Below, piece after piece: positions 46,419 through 55,869 of a stretch of 64,000 bases of DNA. Position 1 is the stretch's first letter. Every line of letters begins with the position of its first letter. This DNA is from Deferribacteres bacterium (GTDB lineage: Bacteria > Zhuqueibacterota > Zhuqueibacteria > Zhuqueibacterales > Geothermadaptataceae): contig JACKDF010000005.1 in assembly GCA_020633655.1 (NCBI GenBank), positions 321,424 to 385,423 of the forward strand. Reading direction: 5' to 3'. The translations under genes and the position numbers were made by a program. The notes beneath the pieces were generated by a model. That model had not been told where the DNA came from and did not search any database. It was given only the letters and a program-made list of their open reading frames with translations.

Positions 46419-46660
46419 TGACGAGGCCGTCGAAAAACATGCAAATTCGGACCCTGAGCTTGTCGAAGGGCCCGAATTCGAGCGTGGAACCGGGTATTTT
46501 GACACGTCGACTTTACTCAGTGCAGGCAGGCTCAATGTCCGGTTTGTCCCTTTTTCAACAGTTTCGAAAGGATTGCGATTTTACAGAAACTCTTTTACTC
46601 TGGACTCACCAAACCTGAATTATTCTCACGCGCAGAGTCGCGGAGCCCGCTGAGAAAAGC
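46419..46660. repeat. cluster of GC-rich hairpin repeat sequences inside a 0.8-kb noncoding spacer
   Basis: Hairpin AATTCGGACCC...GGGCCCGAATT (46444-46478) containing CCCTGAGCTTGTCGAAGGG; then CTCAGTGCAGGCAGGCTC (46517-46534); then TCTCACGCGCAGAGTCGCGGAGCCCGCTGAGA (46624-46655). Confidence 0.5.
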
Positions 46661-46893
46661 TTTGATGAATTACAAAATATGGCTCTGTATCCTTTTCGAT
46701 TCGACGTTTATCTTTTCGAACTTATTCTTATTCTTGCATGAATAACAGCGGAAAAATCAGTGGTCAGTTTGTGGAAGATGGCAGACAATCTTGAAGGATT
46801 TATCCGTTGAATTAATCGAGAGAATATCCTATCATAAGCAGTCTTTTTCACAGTTCTACAATAAAAAATTTTCCTTCGGCTGGGAGAGTCTGA

Positions 46894-47829
46894 ATGGCGG
46901 TTTCAAAACAACGGCGACTTTTTACGATTTATGCACAAGGTGATCTGGCAGCAGCACAGAAATTGAAACAGCAATTCGCCGAAGTGCAGATCAAGTTGGG
47001 AATCGATCTCGACCGGCGGGTGGACAGCCACGCGTTTTCAGCAGACAAATGTACGGCCTTGCGAAACAGCGATGCGGCCCTTGTTCTCTGGTCGCAATAT
47101 GCAGCCGAGTCGCTTTGGGTGGAAGTTGAAATCCGTGGTGCAGAGGATTTGCACAAACCAGTGATATTGCTGCACCTCGAAGATTTTCCCCTGAATGTGA
47201 ATATGCATCCTGATCTCATCGTAAGTCCTGAGCCTGTTGAAAAGGTGCGAAAACGCATCGTTCACTTTTTAAACCGGCAAAAGGCACGACATCAAACACA
47301 TTCGTTAACACATGACCAATCGAATAATCCTTTCGCCTTGCGGAGTTCCGCTGTAAAACGGTTTAATCCGCTTTCTTTGGAGCATATGGCCCAGAAGCTT
47401 GGTTTCTTTGAAAAAACATTGAATCCCGATGGTTACGGAGTGCGGCATCAGTACGAAAGCGTGGAAGACGGGCGTCTTCTACACGACTATGCAACCGGAT
47501 TGATGTGGCAGGTTGCGGGCTCCGCCCATGAGATAAATTACGAAGTGGCCGCGGGCTATGTGGACGATTTGAACCGCGAGCGCTACAGTGGCTTTCGCGA
47601 GTGGCGCCTGCCTACGGTGGAGGAAGCCCTGTCTTTGCTCGAACCAACGCACTATGAACATGGTCTCTACCTCGATCCACTTTTTGGTGCGTTGCAAAAA
47701 TCCATCTGGACATGCGATGCATTCTCCGGGGAACATTGGACATTGAATTTCAGTGTCGCGCAATGCTTTTTACAGGGCTCTGGCACTGAGCACTTTGTAC
47801 GCGCGGTGCGAACACTCGAAACGCTTTAG
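46894..47829 (+). CDS. TIR-like domain fused to an Lcl_C/DUF1566 (lectin-like) domain
   Basis: 311 aa. The N-terminal ~105 aa fit the TIR_2 pattern (LFTIYAQGD...AAQKLKQQF...SDAALVLWSQYAAESLWVEVEI...KPVILLHLE). The C-terminal part has the DUF1566 hallmarks TGLMWQ ... FREWRLPTVEEALSLL. Confidence 0.65.
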   Translation: MAVSKQRRLFTIYAQGDLAAAQKLKQQFAEVQIKLGIDLDRRVDSHAFSADKCTALRNSDAALVLWSQYAAESLWVEVEIRGAEDLHKPVILLHLEDFPLNVNMHPDLIVSPEPVEKVRKRIVHFLNRQKARHQTHSLTHDQSNNPFALRSSAVKRFNPLSLEHMAQKLGFFEKTLNPDGYGVRHQYESVEDGRLLHDYATGLMWQVAGSAHEINYEVAAGYVDDLNRERYSGFREWRLPTVEEALSLLEPTHYEHGLYLDPLFGALQKSIWTCDAFSGEHWTLNFSVAQCFLQGSGTEHFVRAVRTLETL

Positions 47830-47945
47830 TTGCAAAACAAAACTCCTTGTTTAATCCATGAAATACACGCTCAATGCGATAAAATCAAAGCGCATTGAAC
47901 GTATTTCATTGTTCGAAAAAATAATAACCTGGCAAAATAATTTCT

Positions 47946-50861
47946 ATGATTAATACATCCTCTTTACCTGATTTCTTCAACGCCCTCAAAAAAAGAACCT
48001 CGGGCGACGTGCGTAACGACCGGTTTAGTATCGTGCTCTACAGCACTGACGCCAGCAATTATTCCGTGCCACCCATTGGTGTTTTCATTCCCAGAACAAG
48101 TGATGATGTACAAGCTGCAGTTGAAGTGGCTGCAGAATTTAAAATCCCCGTATTGCCACGCGGTGCTGGCACATCTCTGGCGGGGCAGACGGTGAACGAA
48201 GCACTGGTCATCGATATGACGCACCATCTTGATCGGATTGTGGAGATAAATCCCGAAGAAAAAACCGCACGCGTTCAGCCTGGTGTGGTGGTGGATGAAC
48301 TCAATGCAGCACTTAAAACCAGTGGATTAAAATTTGGACCGGATCCGGCCAGTGCCAATCGTGCAACTATGGGTGGCAGCGTCAGCAACAACGCCACAGG
48401 CAGCCATTCGATTCTTTACGGCATGAGTGCTGACCACGTACTCGCCATGCATGTCGTGCTCAGCGACGGTTCGAAAGCAGAATTTTCGCCACTGAATCAC
48501 GATCAAATTGCTTTTAAGAAGAATCTTTCTACCAGGGAAGGGACGATTTATCGCGGCATTTCCAAAATTGTCGATGAAAAAGCTGAGGTGATTCGCGAAA
48601 ACACGCCCAGGCACTGGCGCCGCGCAGGTGGCTATAATCTCGATCGCTTTGTGGATGGACCGAACTTCTATAAACCACGGGCAACAGATTTCAATCTTGC
48701 CAATCTCCTCTGTGGTGCCGAAGGTTCGCTGGCTGTGATGACCGAATTGACCTGTGGCCTGGTATCGATTCCACCCAAAGCTGCGTTGGCTATTCTTCAT
48801 TTTCAAACTCACCGGTCAGCTCTGTTGGCGACGGAAGTAGTGCTTCAAACTCAACCGGATGCAGTTGAGCTTTTCGATAGCTGGTGCCTGCAATTGACGA
48901 AAAATGCACCGCAGTATGCCAAACTTTTGCGCACCTTTGCTTTGGAGTCTTCAAAGTGTTTGCTCATTGTTGAAGTTTCTGGTGCCAGTGATAGTGAATT
49001 GCGGGCGAAATTGGATAATTTAAAGAAGCATATTCGTAGCAATAAAATTGAATGCGAATTCACCGAGGCCATTGATGCTCAACAACAGCAAAACGTCTGG
49101 GCTGTACGCAAAGCAGGGTTAGGATTGCTCGCCAGTCGTCGTGGAGAAAAGAAACCGGTTGCTTTCATCGAAGATGCTGCCGTGCCTGTCCCGGAGTTGC
49201 CGGATTATGTGCAGGCAATTGAGACTTTCTGCGAGCAGGGCGGGGTGGAAGTCGCCTACTACGCACATGCCAGTGCAGGATGCCTGCATATCCGGCCTTT
49301 CCTCAATTTGAAATCTGAACAAGACATCACTTTCATGAAAGAATTGGCTGTGTTTTCTGCGCAACAGGTGCAAAAGTCCGGTGGCATTTTAGCCAGTGAG
49401 CATGGTGATGGCCGCAGTCGCAGTTGGCTTAACAAATCGTTTTTTGGCGATGAATTGTACCAGCTTTTTTGTGACGCCAAAGCTGCATTCGATCCGGATA
49501 ATTTGATGAATCCCGGCAGTGTTGTGGGTGCGGCTGACATGGATAGGCATCTGCGTTACGGTACTGCTTACAAAACAAGCGAAATTGCAACATTTTACAA
49601 CTTTGAAGACGAGAATGGCTTCGCTGCAGCCGTGGAAATGTGCAATGGTGCTGCGGTATGCAAAAAGAAGAACACCGGTGGGATGTGCCCCAGTTACATG
49701 GTGACAAAAGATGAAAAACACAGCACGCGTGGAAGGGCGAATGCGCTGCGCGCGGCGCTCTCCGGACACTTCCCTCACGATCTGCTGTTCAGTAAAGAAA
49801 TGGCAGACATTCTTGATTTGTGCGTCGAATGTAAAGCCTGCAAATCGGAATGCCCGTCGAGTGTCGATATGGCGAGATTAAAATTTGAATTCCTTGCGCA
49901 ATACAACAAACGCTATGGCGTCTCTTTACGTTCGCGATTGTTTGGCGAATTTGGTCTCCTCAGCCGATTAAGCTCCGGTTTTCCAGCTCGCATTGTCAAT
50001 CCGTTACTCGATATGAAATTCTTGCGGATTTTGATGGAGCAATTTATAGGCATAACAGCCAAAAGGAAGCTCGCACCTTTCGCATACCAAAGTTTTTCGG
50101 ACTATTTCCATAAGCGTACGATCCTATCCAAACCTGATGCTGCGAAAGTCGTACTGTTTAACGATACGTTCAATAATTATTCGCAACCGGAAGTTTTAAT
50201 CGCGGCACTGGAGGTCCTGGAAGCGGCTGGATTTCAGGTGCTGCTTTCGGAACATGGAGATTGTGGCAGGGCGATGATTTCCAAAGGACTCTTCGACCGG
50301 GCGAAAAAAATGGCGCAAACGACTGTGGACCGTCTGATTGGCTTCGCTGAACAGGGTTTGCCAATAGTTGGTGTTGAACCGAGTTGTCTTTTGACATTAC
50401 AGGATGAGTACCGGACGATTCTGCCCGGAGATAAACGTGTCGACGTGATTGCAGAAAATTCTTTTTTATTGGAAGAATTTGTTGTACGCTTTGCTGATAC
50501 GGCAATATTACAGACGAAATTACGGCCTTCTGAGGAGCATGTGCTATTACATGGGCACTGCCATCAAAAAGCATTGGCAGGCACAGACGCGACACATCAA
50601 TTTTTGAACTTGATTCCGGGAGTAAAATGTGAGGAGATCGATTCAGCGTGCTGTGGTATGGCAGGCTCTTTTGGCTACGAAAAGGAGCATTACGACATTT
50701 CAATTGCCATGGGGGAGAGACGGTTGTTTCCGTCGATACGTAAAGCGAAGGAAACAACATTCATCGCTGTTCCCGGTTTTAGTTGCCGGCAACAGGTTAA
50801 GCACGGAACAGCAAAGGTAGCCTTGCATCCGGCGCAGATTTTAGCAGCACACTTGAAATAG
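47946..50861 (+). CDS. FAD-binding (GlcD-like) oxidase fused to 4Fe-4S and CCG (GlpC/HdrD-like) domains, YdiJ-type
   Basis: 971 aa. FAD_binding_4 N-terminal domain (PRGAGTSLAGQ). The central region has CPSYMVTKDEKHSTRGR and CVECKACKSECP. The C-terminal part has two Cys-rich CCG repeats (CHGHCHQKA, CCGMAGSFGY). Confidence 0.85.
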   Translation: MINTSSLPDFFNALKKRTSGDVRNDRFSIVLYSTDASNYSVPPIGVFIPRTSDDVQAAVEVAAEFKIPVLPRGAGTSLAGQTVNEALVIDMTHHLDRIVEINPEEKTARVQPGVVVDELNAALKTSGLKFGPDPASANRATMGGSVSNNATGSHSILYGMSADHVLAMHVVLSDGSKAEFSPLNHDQIAFKKNLSTREGTIYRGISKIVDEKAEVIRENTPRHWRRAGGYNLDRFVDGPNFYKPRATDFNLANLLCGAEGSLAVMTELTCGLVSIPPKAALAILHFQTHRSALLATEVVLQTQPDAVELFDSWCLQLTKNAPQYAKLLRTFALESSKCLLIVEVSGASDSELRAKLDNLKKHIRSNKIECEFTEAIDAQQQQNVWAVRKAGLGLLASRRGEKKPVAFIEDAAVPVPELPDYVQAIETFCEQGGVEVAYYAHASAGCLHIRPFLNLKSEQDITFMKELAVFSAQQVQKSGGILASEHGDGRSRSWLNKSFFGDELYQLFCDAKAAFDPDNLMNPGSVVGAADMDRHLRYGTAYKTSEIATFYNFEDENGFAAAVEMCNGAAVCKKKNTGGMCPSYMVTKDEKHSTRGRANALRAALSGHFPHDLLFSKEMADILDLCVECKACKSECPSSVDMARLKFEFLAQYNKRYGVSLRSRLFGEFGLLSRLSSGFPARIVNPLLDMKFLRILMEQFIGITAKRKLAPFAYQSFSDYFHKRTILSKPDAAKVVLFNDTFNNYSQPEVLIAALEVLEAAGFQVLLSEHGDCGRAMISKGLFDRAKKMAQTTVDRLIGFAEQGLPIVGVEPSCLLTLQDEYRTILPGDKRVDVIAENSFLLEEFVVRFADTAILQTKLRPSEEHVLLHGHCHQKALAGTDATHQFLNLIPGVKCEEIDSACCGMAGSFGYEKEHYDISIAMGERRLFPSIRKAKETTFIAVPGFSCRQQVKHGTAKVALHPAQILAAHLK

Positions 50862-51010
50862 TAAGTTTAATTTACTGAGGCGCAGAGTAAGAATAATTTT
50901 CGTTTTATTCTTACGAAATCCGGATTTTGTCTCACGTTGTGTTTTTCCATAAATCTTGCTTTTCTCCTCTTCTTTTTTTACTATTGGCGTTTGCAAAAAT
51001 TGCCAATTGT

Positions 51011-51208
51011 TAACCTGTTTTATCGATGCAATAAGCAAAGTAAACGTGGGCCTGTGTCAAAACATAAATAGAACGAAGGTTTCCCGCCACGGGGTACGTG
51101 CTTTACACTCAGCGAGGACGCTTTCACTCTAGTAAAATAGCTGTTTGGGTCAAAAATAATGTGTTTTGACTTAGCCCCAATCATGGTGTTCATGAATAAA
51201 GCAGGTTA
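51011..51208. repeat. MITE-like long imperfect hairpin element, full copy B
   Basis: The termini are TAACCTGTTTTAT... and ...ATGAATAAAGCAGGTTA. The subterminal GGGCCTGTGTCAAAACAT (51048-51065) pairs with GTGTTTTGACTTAGCCCC (51161-51178). The terminal and subterminal motifs match copy A at 25029-25209, but the core differs. Confidence 0.7.
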
Positions 51209-51256
51209 AAAGATTTCAATCGTATTTTTATCCATCTCTTCACAGGTAAAATATCA

Positions 51257-52435
51257 ATGAACTTCAACTCATTTATTATCCATTACGCAGAGGTCGCCCT
51301 TAAACGTGGCAACCGTCCATTTTTCGAGAAAACGCTGGTAAAAAATATAAAACAGGCAACACAAGGTTGCGGGCCCATTGAAATCGACCGCCGTTGGGGC
51401 CGCATTCTTATGATGGTCACCGAGAAGACTGATATCGAAGGGGTTATTGCTGCATTGAAAACCGTCTTCGGCATTGCCTATTTTGCCCCGGGAAGAATCG
51501 TTGATCAGGATATTGACAGAATTTCGGAAGCTGCATTAGAGTCCATTGAAGGACAAAGTTTTTCCTCTTTCAAAATCCAAACGCGCCGTGCAAACAAGGC
51601 ATTTCCCATGGATTCTGTTCAAATCAATATTCATGTCGGAAATCAGGTTTGGGATCGCACCAAAGCCAAGGTCGATTTAACCAATCCCGAGTTTACTGTT
51701 CACATCGAAATATTTGATGATGTGGCTCTCGTTTACGGCAAGCGCTACGAAGGACAGGGGGGACTACCGGTGGGGGTAAGCTCCCGAGCGGTGTTGCTGC
51801 TTTCTTCGGGCATCGATTCCCCGGTGGCAGGCTTCCGCATGATGAAACGTGGTGTAAGGCTGTTTTTTGTGCATTTTCATAGCGCACCATACACCAGTAC
51901 CGCCTCAAAGAAAAATGCCGAAAAGCTTGTTGAAATTCTTACCAGGTACCAGTTCAACAGCACGTTATACACCGTGCCTTTTTTGGAAATTCAGCAGCAT
52001 ATTACCAGTGTCGTTCCGGGGCCATATCGGGTGATCATGTACCGCCGCGCTATGCTTGCTTTGGCTGAAAAAATTGCACGAAAAAACCGTTGTGATGCCC
52101 TTGTCACTGGTGAAAATGTTGGGCAGGTAGCCTCACAAACGCTGCCCAATATTCAAGCGATAAGCGATCCAATTTCTCTGCCGATATTCAGACCGCTGTG
52201 CTCCTTTGATAAAAAAGAAATAATTGCCGAAGCCCGGGTGATCGGGACGTTTGAAACCTCCATTGAACCATATGAAGATTGCTGCACTTTGTTTGTACCA
52301 GAAAATCCGGAGACGAAAGCAAAACTGCATATCGTACATGAGTATGAAGCAAAGCTGGAACTGGAAAAATACATGCAGCAGGCGCTGGAAGGTGCTGAAA
52401 CGATCAATTTTAAATTTGAGAACAGGAATCAATGA
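51257..52435 (+). CDS. thiI: tRNA 4-thiouridine(8) synthase ThiI (no rhodanese domain)
   Basis: 392 aa. N-terminal ferredoxin-like plus THUMP region (HYAEVALKRGNRPFFE), PP-loop LLLSSGIDSPVA. Confidence 0.9.
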   Translation: MNFNSFIIHYAEVALKRGNRPFFEKTLVKNIKQATQGCGPIEIDRRWGRILMMVTEKTDIEGVIAALKTVFGIAYFAPGRIVDQDIDRISEAALESIEGQSFSSFKIQTRRANKAFPMDSVQINIHVGNQVWDRTKAKVDLTNPEFTVHIEIFDDVALVYGKRYEGQGGLPVGVSSRAVLLLSSGIDSPVAGFRMMKRGVRLFFVHFHSAPYTSTASKKNAEKLVEILTRYQFNSTLYTVPFLEIQQHITSVVPGPYRVIMYRRAMLALAEKIARKNRCDALVTGENVGQVASQTLPNIQAISDPISLPIFRPLCSFDKKEIIAEARVIGTFETSIEPYEDCCTLFVPENPETKAKLHIVHEYEAKLELEKYMQQALEGAETINFKFENRNQ

Positions 52436-53286
52436 CATTAAAAAAAGCTGTTTTTCAAGCTGGTGATCCGGTTATCTTTTTCGATAAAAAAGAGCGCAGT
52501 TATTACGCTATTCTAGAAGCAGAAAAAATTCAGAATATCCGTGGTGATTTTATCCCCCATGATGAAGTTATTGGACGTGAAGACGGTGTTACTCTCTTTT
52601 CTCAACGTAATAAACCTGTACATGTTTTTCGCGCTACGTTGAGCGAACAAGTTTTATATATGCCAAGAGGTGCACAGGTCGTTTACCCGAAAGAAATCGC
52701 CTTAATAACAACCTATGCCGATATTTTCCCCGGTGCTAAAGTTGTCGAGGCAGGACTGGGTTCCGGCGCCTTGACTTCGGGGTTGTTGCGTGCGGTGGGT
52801 GAAAAAGGTACAGTTGTGAGTTATGAAATTCGCGATGATTTTATCAATAACGCGAGCAAAAATCTCAAGAACTTTTTTGGTGGCATGCCGGACAATCATA
52901 TTATTAGACAAATGGATGTGTATGAGCAATTTGAAGATGCTGATGCCGATCGTCTTGTACTGGATTTGCCGGAACCCTGGCGTGCAATAGAAAATGTAAC
53001 CCCACATTTGCGTTCTGGCGCTTTGATTTGTTGTTACATACCAACCATATTGCAAGTAAAAACCTGCGTTGATGAACTCATACGGTCACGTTGTTACATC
53101 CAGATTCAAGTCATCGAAACACTCGAGCGTGAATGGAAAGTCGACAATGTGAGCGTACGACCGAGCCAGCGTATGGTTGGGCATACGGCATTTCTTGTCT
53201 TTGCCAGGCGGGTTGAGTTTGGTGTCCAACCAGTGCAGCCTGCAAAAAGCGCCCGAGTTGAGGCGGAACGTGCTTTGAAGCAATAA
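52432..53286 (+). CDS. trmI: tRNA (adenine-N1)-methyltransferase TrmI/Gcd14 family
   Basis: 284 aa. PRGAQVVYPKEIALI..., the SAM motif VVEAGLGSGALT, and DLPEPW. It overlaps the thiI stop by 4 nt. Confidence 0.88.
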   Translation: MTLKKAVFQAGDPVIFFDKKERSYYAILEAEKIQNIRGDFIPHDEVIGREDGVTLFSQRNKPVHVFRATLSEQVLYMPRGAQVVYPKEIALITTYADIFPGAKVVEAGLGSGALTSGLLRAVGEKGTVVSYEIRDDFINNASKNLKNFFGGMPDNHIIRQMDVYEQFEDADADRLVLDLPEPWRAIENVTPHLRSGALICCYIPTILQVKTCVDELIRSRCYIQIQVIETLEREWKVDNVSVRPSQRMVGHTAFLVFARRVEFGVQPVQPAKSARVEAERALKQ

Positions 53287-53666
53287 AAAATGAGAGCAGT
53301 AAAAGTGGAAAATTATGGGTGCTCAGTGCACGCATATTCTTCTTTATTCATCCACCTGCACTACGTTTTGTTATAAACCGACCTGACCCACAAATAGCTC
53401 CTTCTGATTTTTTGTTAGTGTAACTTCACAAAAGGTCTGCGAAAAAATGCCGAAAATTAGAACATCCTCAAGGTACAGCCGGCAGGTGGAATGGATTAGT
53501 TGTGATTAATATGGAGCCGGAGCCGGTGATGATTTCGAATATGAATGCGGTATGAAATTGATTTTCATATAGATGTGAGTGGTCTCAATCTGAATTTCTT
53601 CAACTGACTGTGATTTTGACTTCGAATACGACAATGGATTGCCCAGGCTGTATCTTGATACTTTTA

Positions 53667-54818
53667 TTAATACAAATCGTATGCTGCAAGCCGGCACTCC
53701 AATGGACCGTTATAAAGAATATGCTTTGCGCTTGTCTTCAACCCAACCGATTTTAATAATTCCAGGTTCCCCGTAAAGATAAATCCCTTGTTTCCACAGA
53801 AATTGCGTTTAAAAACATTGCCGATTTCACGGTACACTCCCTTTAATTCCTCAATTTCTCCCATTCGTTCTCCATAGGGCGGATTGCAGATGACGATCCC
53901 GTTTTCTCCACGCGAATGTAAATCAAACATATTACGCGGTGAAAAATTGATCGACGCGCGCATTCCTGCACGACGCGCATTCTCTTTTGCAAAGCCAATA
54001 ATTTGTGATGAAATATCACTTCCAAAAACGGGAGCGTCTGTATTTGCCTTTACGCTGTCTTGTGCTTCGGCAACAAGCTTTCGCCAAAGTTTTTCGTCAA
54101 AACCCGGCCATTGTTGAAAGCCAAAATCGGATCGCAATAAACCAGGAGCGAAATTTCGCCCTATCATCGCTGCTTCTATGGGTAAAGTGCCCGAGCCGCA
54201 CATGCCATCTATAAATGGCTGAGATCCATCGTAACCCGTCAGGAGTACAATGCCGGCCGCGAGCGCCTCTTTTAAAGGCGCGTCTCCTGTTTGCTGACGG
54301 TAACCTCGCTGATGCAAGCTTGTCCCTGACATATCAAGACTGACAGTGCATTGATTGTTGTTAAGATGTACATTCACAAGTACATCCGGTGAATAACGAT
54401 CGACGTTGGGGCGTCGTTCATATTTATTCATAAAGCGGTCAACAATCGCGTCTTTGGATTTCAGAGCGGTGTATTTTGAATGAGTGAGGAAACTGTCCCG
54501 GGCGTTGGCAGAAACGGCAAGGGTATGATCGATGGAAAGGTATTGTTCCCAGGGAATGGCGATGATGTGGTCATAGAGTTCTTGTTCGGAGGATACATTA
54601 AAATCAACTAATCGCAGCAATACCCTCGTGGCACTTCGCAACCATAGGTTCGCCTTGTATCCAATCTTTAAATCACCGGTGAAACCTACACCGCTGCTTT
54701 CTGTTGCAATAGCTTTCGCGTTGAGTAATTTGAGTTCATTAGCAAGAACGGATTCAAGTCCGCTAGGACAGGTGGCAAAATAGGTGTTTAATTCAGTCAT
54801 CTTTTTATGTGTTTGCAC
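53667..54818 (-). CDS. THUMP-domain class I SAM-dependent RNA (guanine-N2) methyltransferase, RlmL/YpsC-like
   Basis: 383 aa. THUMP N-terminal half, GMCGSGTLPIEAA, and the NPPYGERMG catalytic motif. The start is either the GTG at 54818 or the ATG at 54800. Confidence 0.85.
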   Translation of the reverse strand: MQTHKKMTELNTYFATCPSGLESVLANELKLLNAKAIATESSGVGFTGDLKIGYKANLWLRSATRVLLRLVDFNVSSEQELYDHIIAIPWEQYLSIDHTLAVSANARDSFLTHSKYTALKSKDAIVDRFMNKYERRPNVDRYSPDVLVNVHLNNNQCTVSLDMSGTSLHQRGYRQQTGDAPLKEALAAGIVLLTGYDGSQPFIDGMCGSGTLPIEAAMIGRNFAPGLLRSDFGFQQWPGFDEKLWRKLVAEAQDSVKANTDAPVFGSDISSQIIGFAKENARRAGMRASINFSPRNMFDLHSRGENGIVICNPPYGERMGEIEELKGVYREIGNVFKRNFCGNKGFIFTGNLELLKSVGLKTSAKHILYNGPLECRLAAYDLY

Positions 54819-54918
54819 GTAGTAAATGTATTCTTTCAGTGTTTACAAGGTGAATAAAATGAGTGAATTTTCCAATTTAAAGACTGTCTTCCACCTTCAA
54901 GCAAGGATTTTATACTAA

Positions 54919-55848
54919 TCAAAGCGCTTCAATTTCTCGCATGAGGTCCTCATCGATGGTCACCGTACCCGCCGAGGCATTTTCGTTTGCCTGTTTCTCG
55001 TTGCGGGCACCGACAAGGGCAAAAGTGTTTGGCGCCTTGTGAATAATCCAGGCGAGGGCAAGCTGCGCCGTTGTCATTCCAAATCTTGAAGCGATTTGTG
55101 AGAGGCCTTTCACAAGAGCCATGTTTTGTGAGAATTGTGGTTCTTTGAAAAAAGTGCTTTTGCGTCGCCAATCGTCTGCTGCTAAATTTTCTAGTCGAAA
55201 TTTTCCGGTAAGTAGGCCATTTTGCAGGGGACTATAAGCAAGTACACCAGCATTATTTTTCATACACCAGGGCAACAATTCTTCCTCAATTCCACGATCG
55301 AGAAGACTGTAAGGAGGCTGCAGACTGTCCACTGGTGATAGTTTTATGCATTTGTTTAGATTGGCAACATCGTAATTGCATACACCAATGTAGCGCACCT
55401 TTCCTTCTTTACGTAATTTAATCAGCTCTCCCCAGGATTCGTTCACAGAGGTATTGTCATCCATCCAATGGTGCTGATAGAGATCGATATAATCTGTTTG
55501 TAGTCGCGTTAAGCTATCCTCGACTTCGCGTCGAATGCTTTCGGCACCTAAATGCCTGCGGACTTTTTTGTGATTATCCCAAACCAGGCCACATTTGGTT
55601 GCTATAAAAACATCCTTTCGGATTTCCTTGATGGCCTTTCCAACGATTTTTTCCGAATGACCGAATCCATAAACAGGAGCAGTATCAAGCCAATTTATTC
55701 CACTATCAAAAGATGCGCGTATTGCTTTTATTGAATCGTGGTCGTCTTGTGGTCCCCAACCCCATTGCCAAGGTCCACCAATTGCCCATGTCCCCAGTCC
55801 AAGAACTGAAAGTTCAGGCCCCTCGAGACATAGTTTTCTAAATTGCAT
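54919..55848 (-). CDS. aldo/keto reductase
   Basis: 309 aa. LGLGTWAIGG, DTAPVYGFGHSE, IDLYQHHW, NYDVANL. Confidence 0.88.
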   Translation of the reverse strand: MQFRKLCLEGPELSVLGLGTWAIGGPWQWGWGPQDDHDSIKAIRASFDSGINWLDTAPVYGFGHSEKIVGKAIKEIRKDVFIATKCGLVWDNHKKVRRHLGAESIRREVEDSLTRLQTDYIDLYQHHWMDDNTSVNESWGELIKLRKEGKVRYIGVCNYDVANLNKCIKLSPVDSLQPPYSLLDRGIEEELLPWCMKNNAGVLAYSPLQNGLLTGKFRLENLAADDWRRKSTFFKEPQFSQNMALVKGLSQIASRFGMTTAQLALAWIIHKAPNTFALVGARNEKQANENASAGTVTIDEDLMREIEAL

Positions 55849-55869
55849 GGTGCTTTCCCTGCATTAAAA

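Noticed and set aside
46418-46618. 66-aa ORF MTRPSKNMQIRTLSLSKGPNSS... as a gene
   Set aside because: It is a translation of GC-rich hairpin repeats, with no RBS and a composition typical of repeat-derived pseudo-ORFs.
47860-47907. Hairpin after the TIR gene (GAAATACACGCTCAATGCG / CGCATTGAACGTATTTC) considered as a fifth attC-like site
   Set aside because: It has no AAC/GTT bracket and lies on the other strand context (after a plus-strand gene). It is more likely a terminator-like or regulatory hairpin, although it lacks a U-tract.
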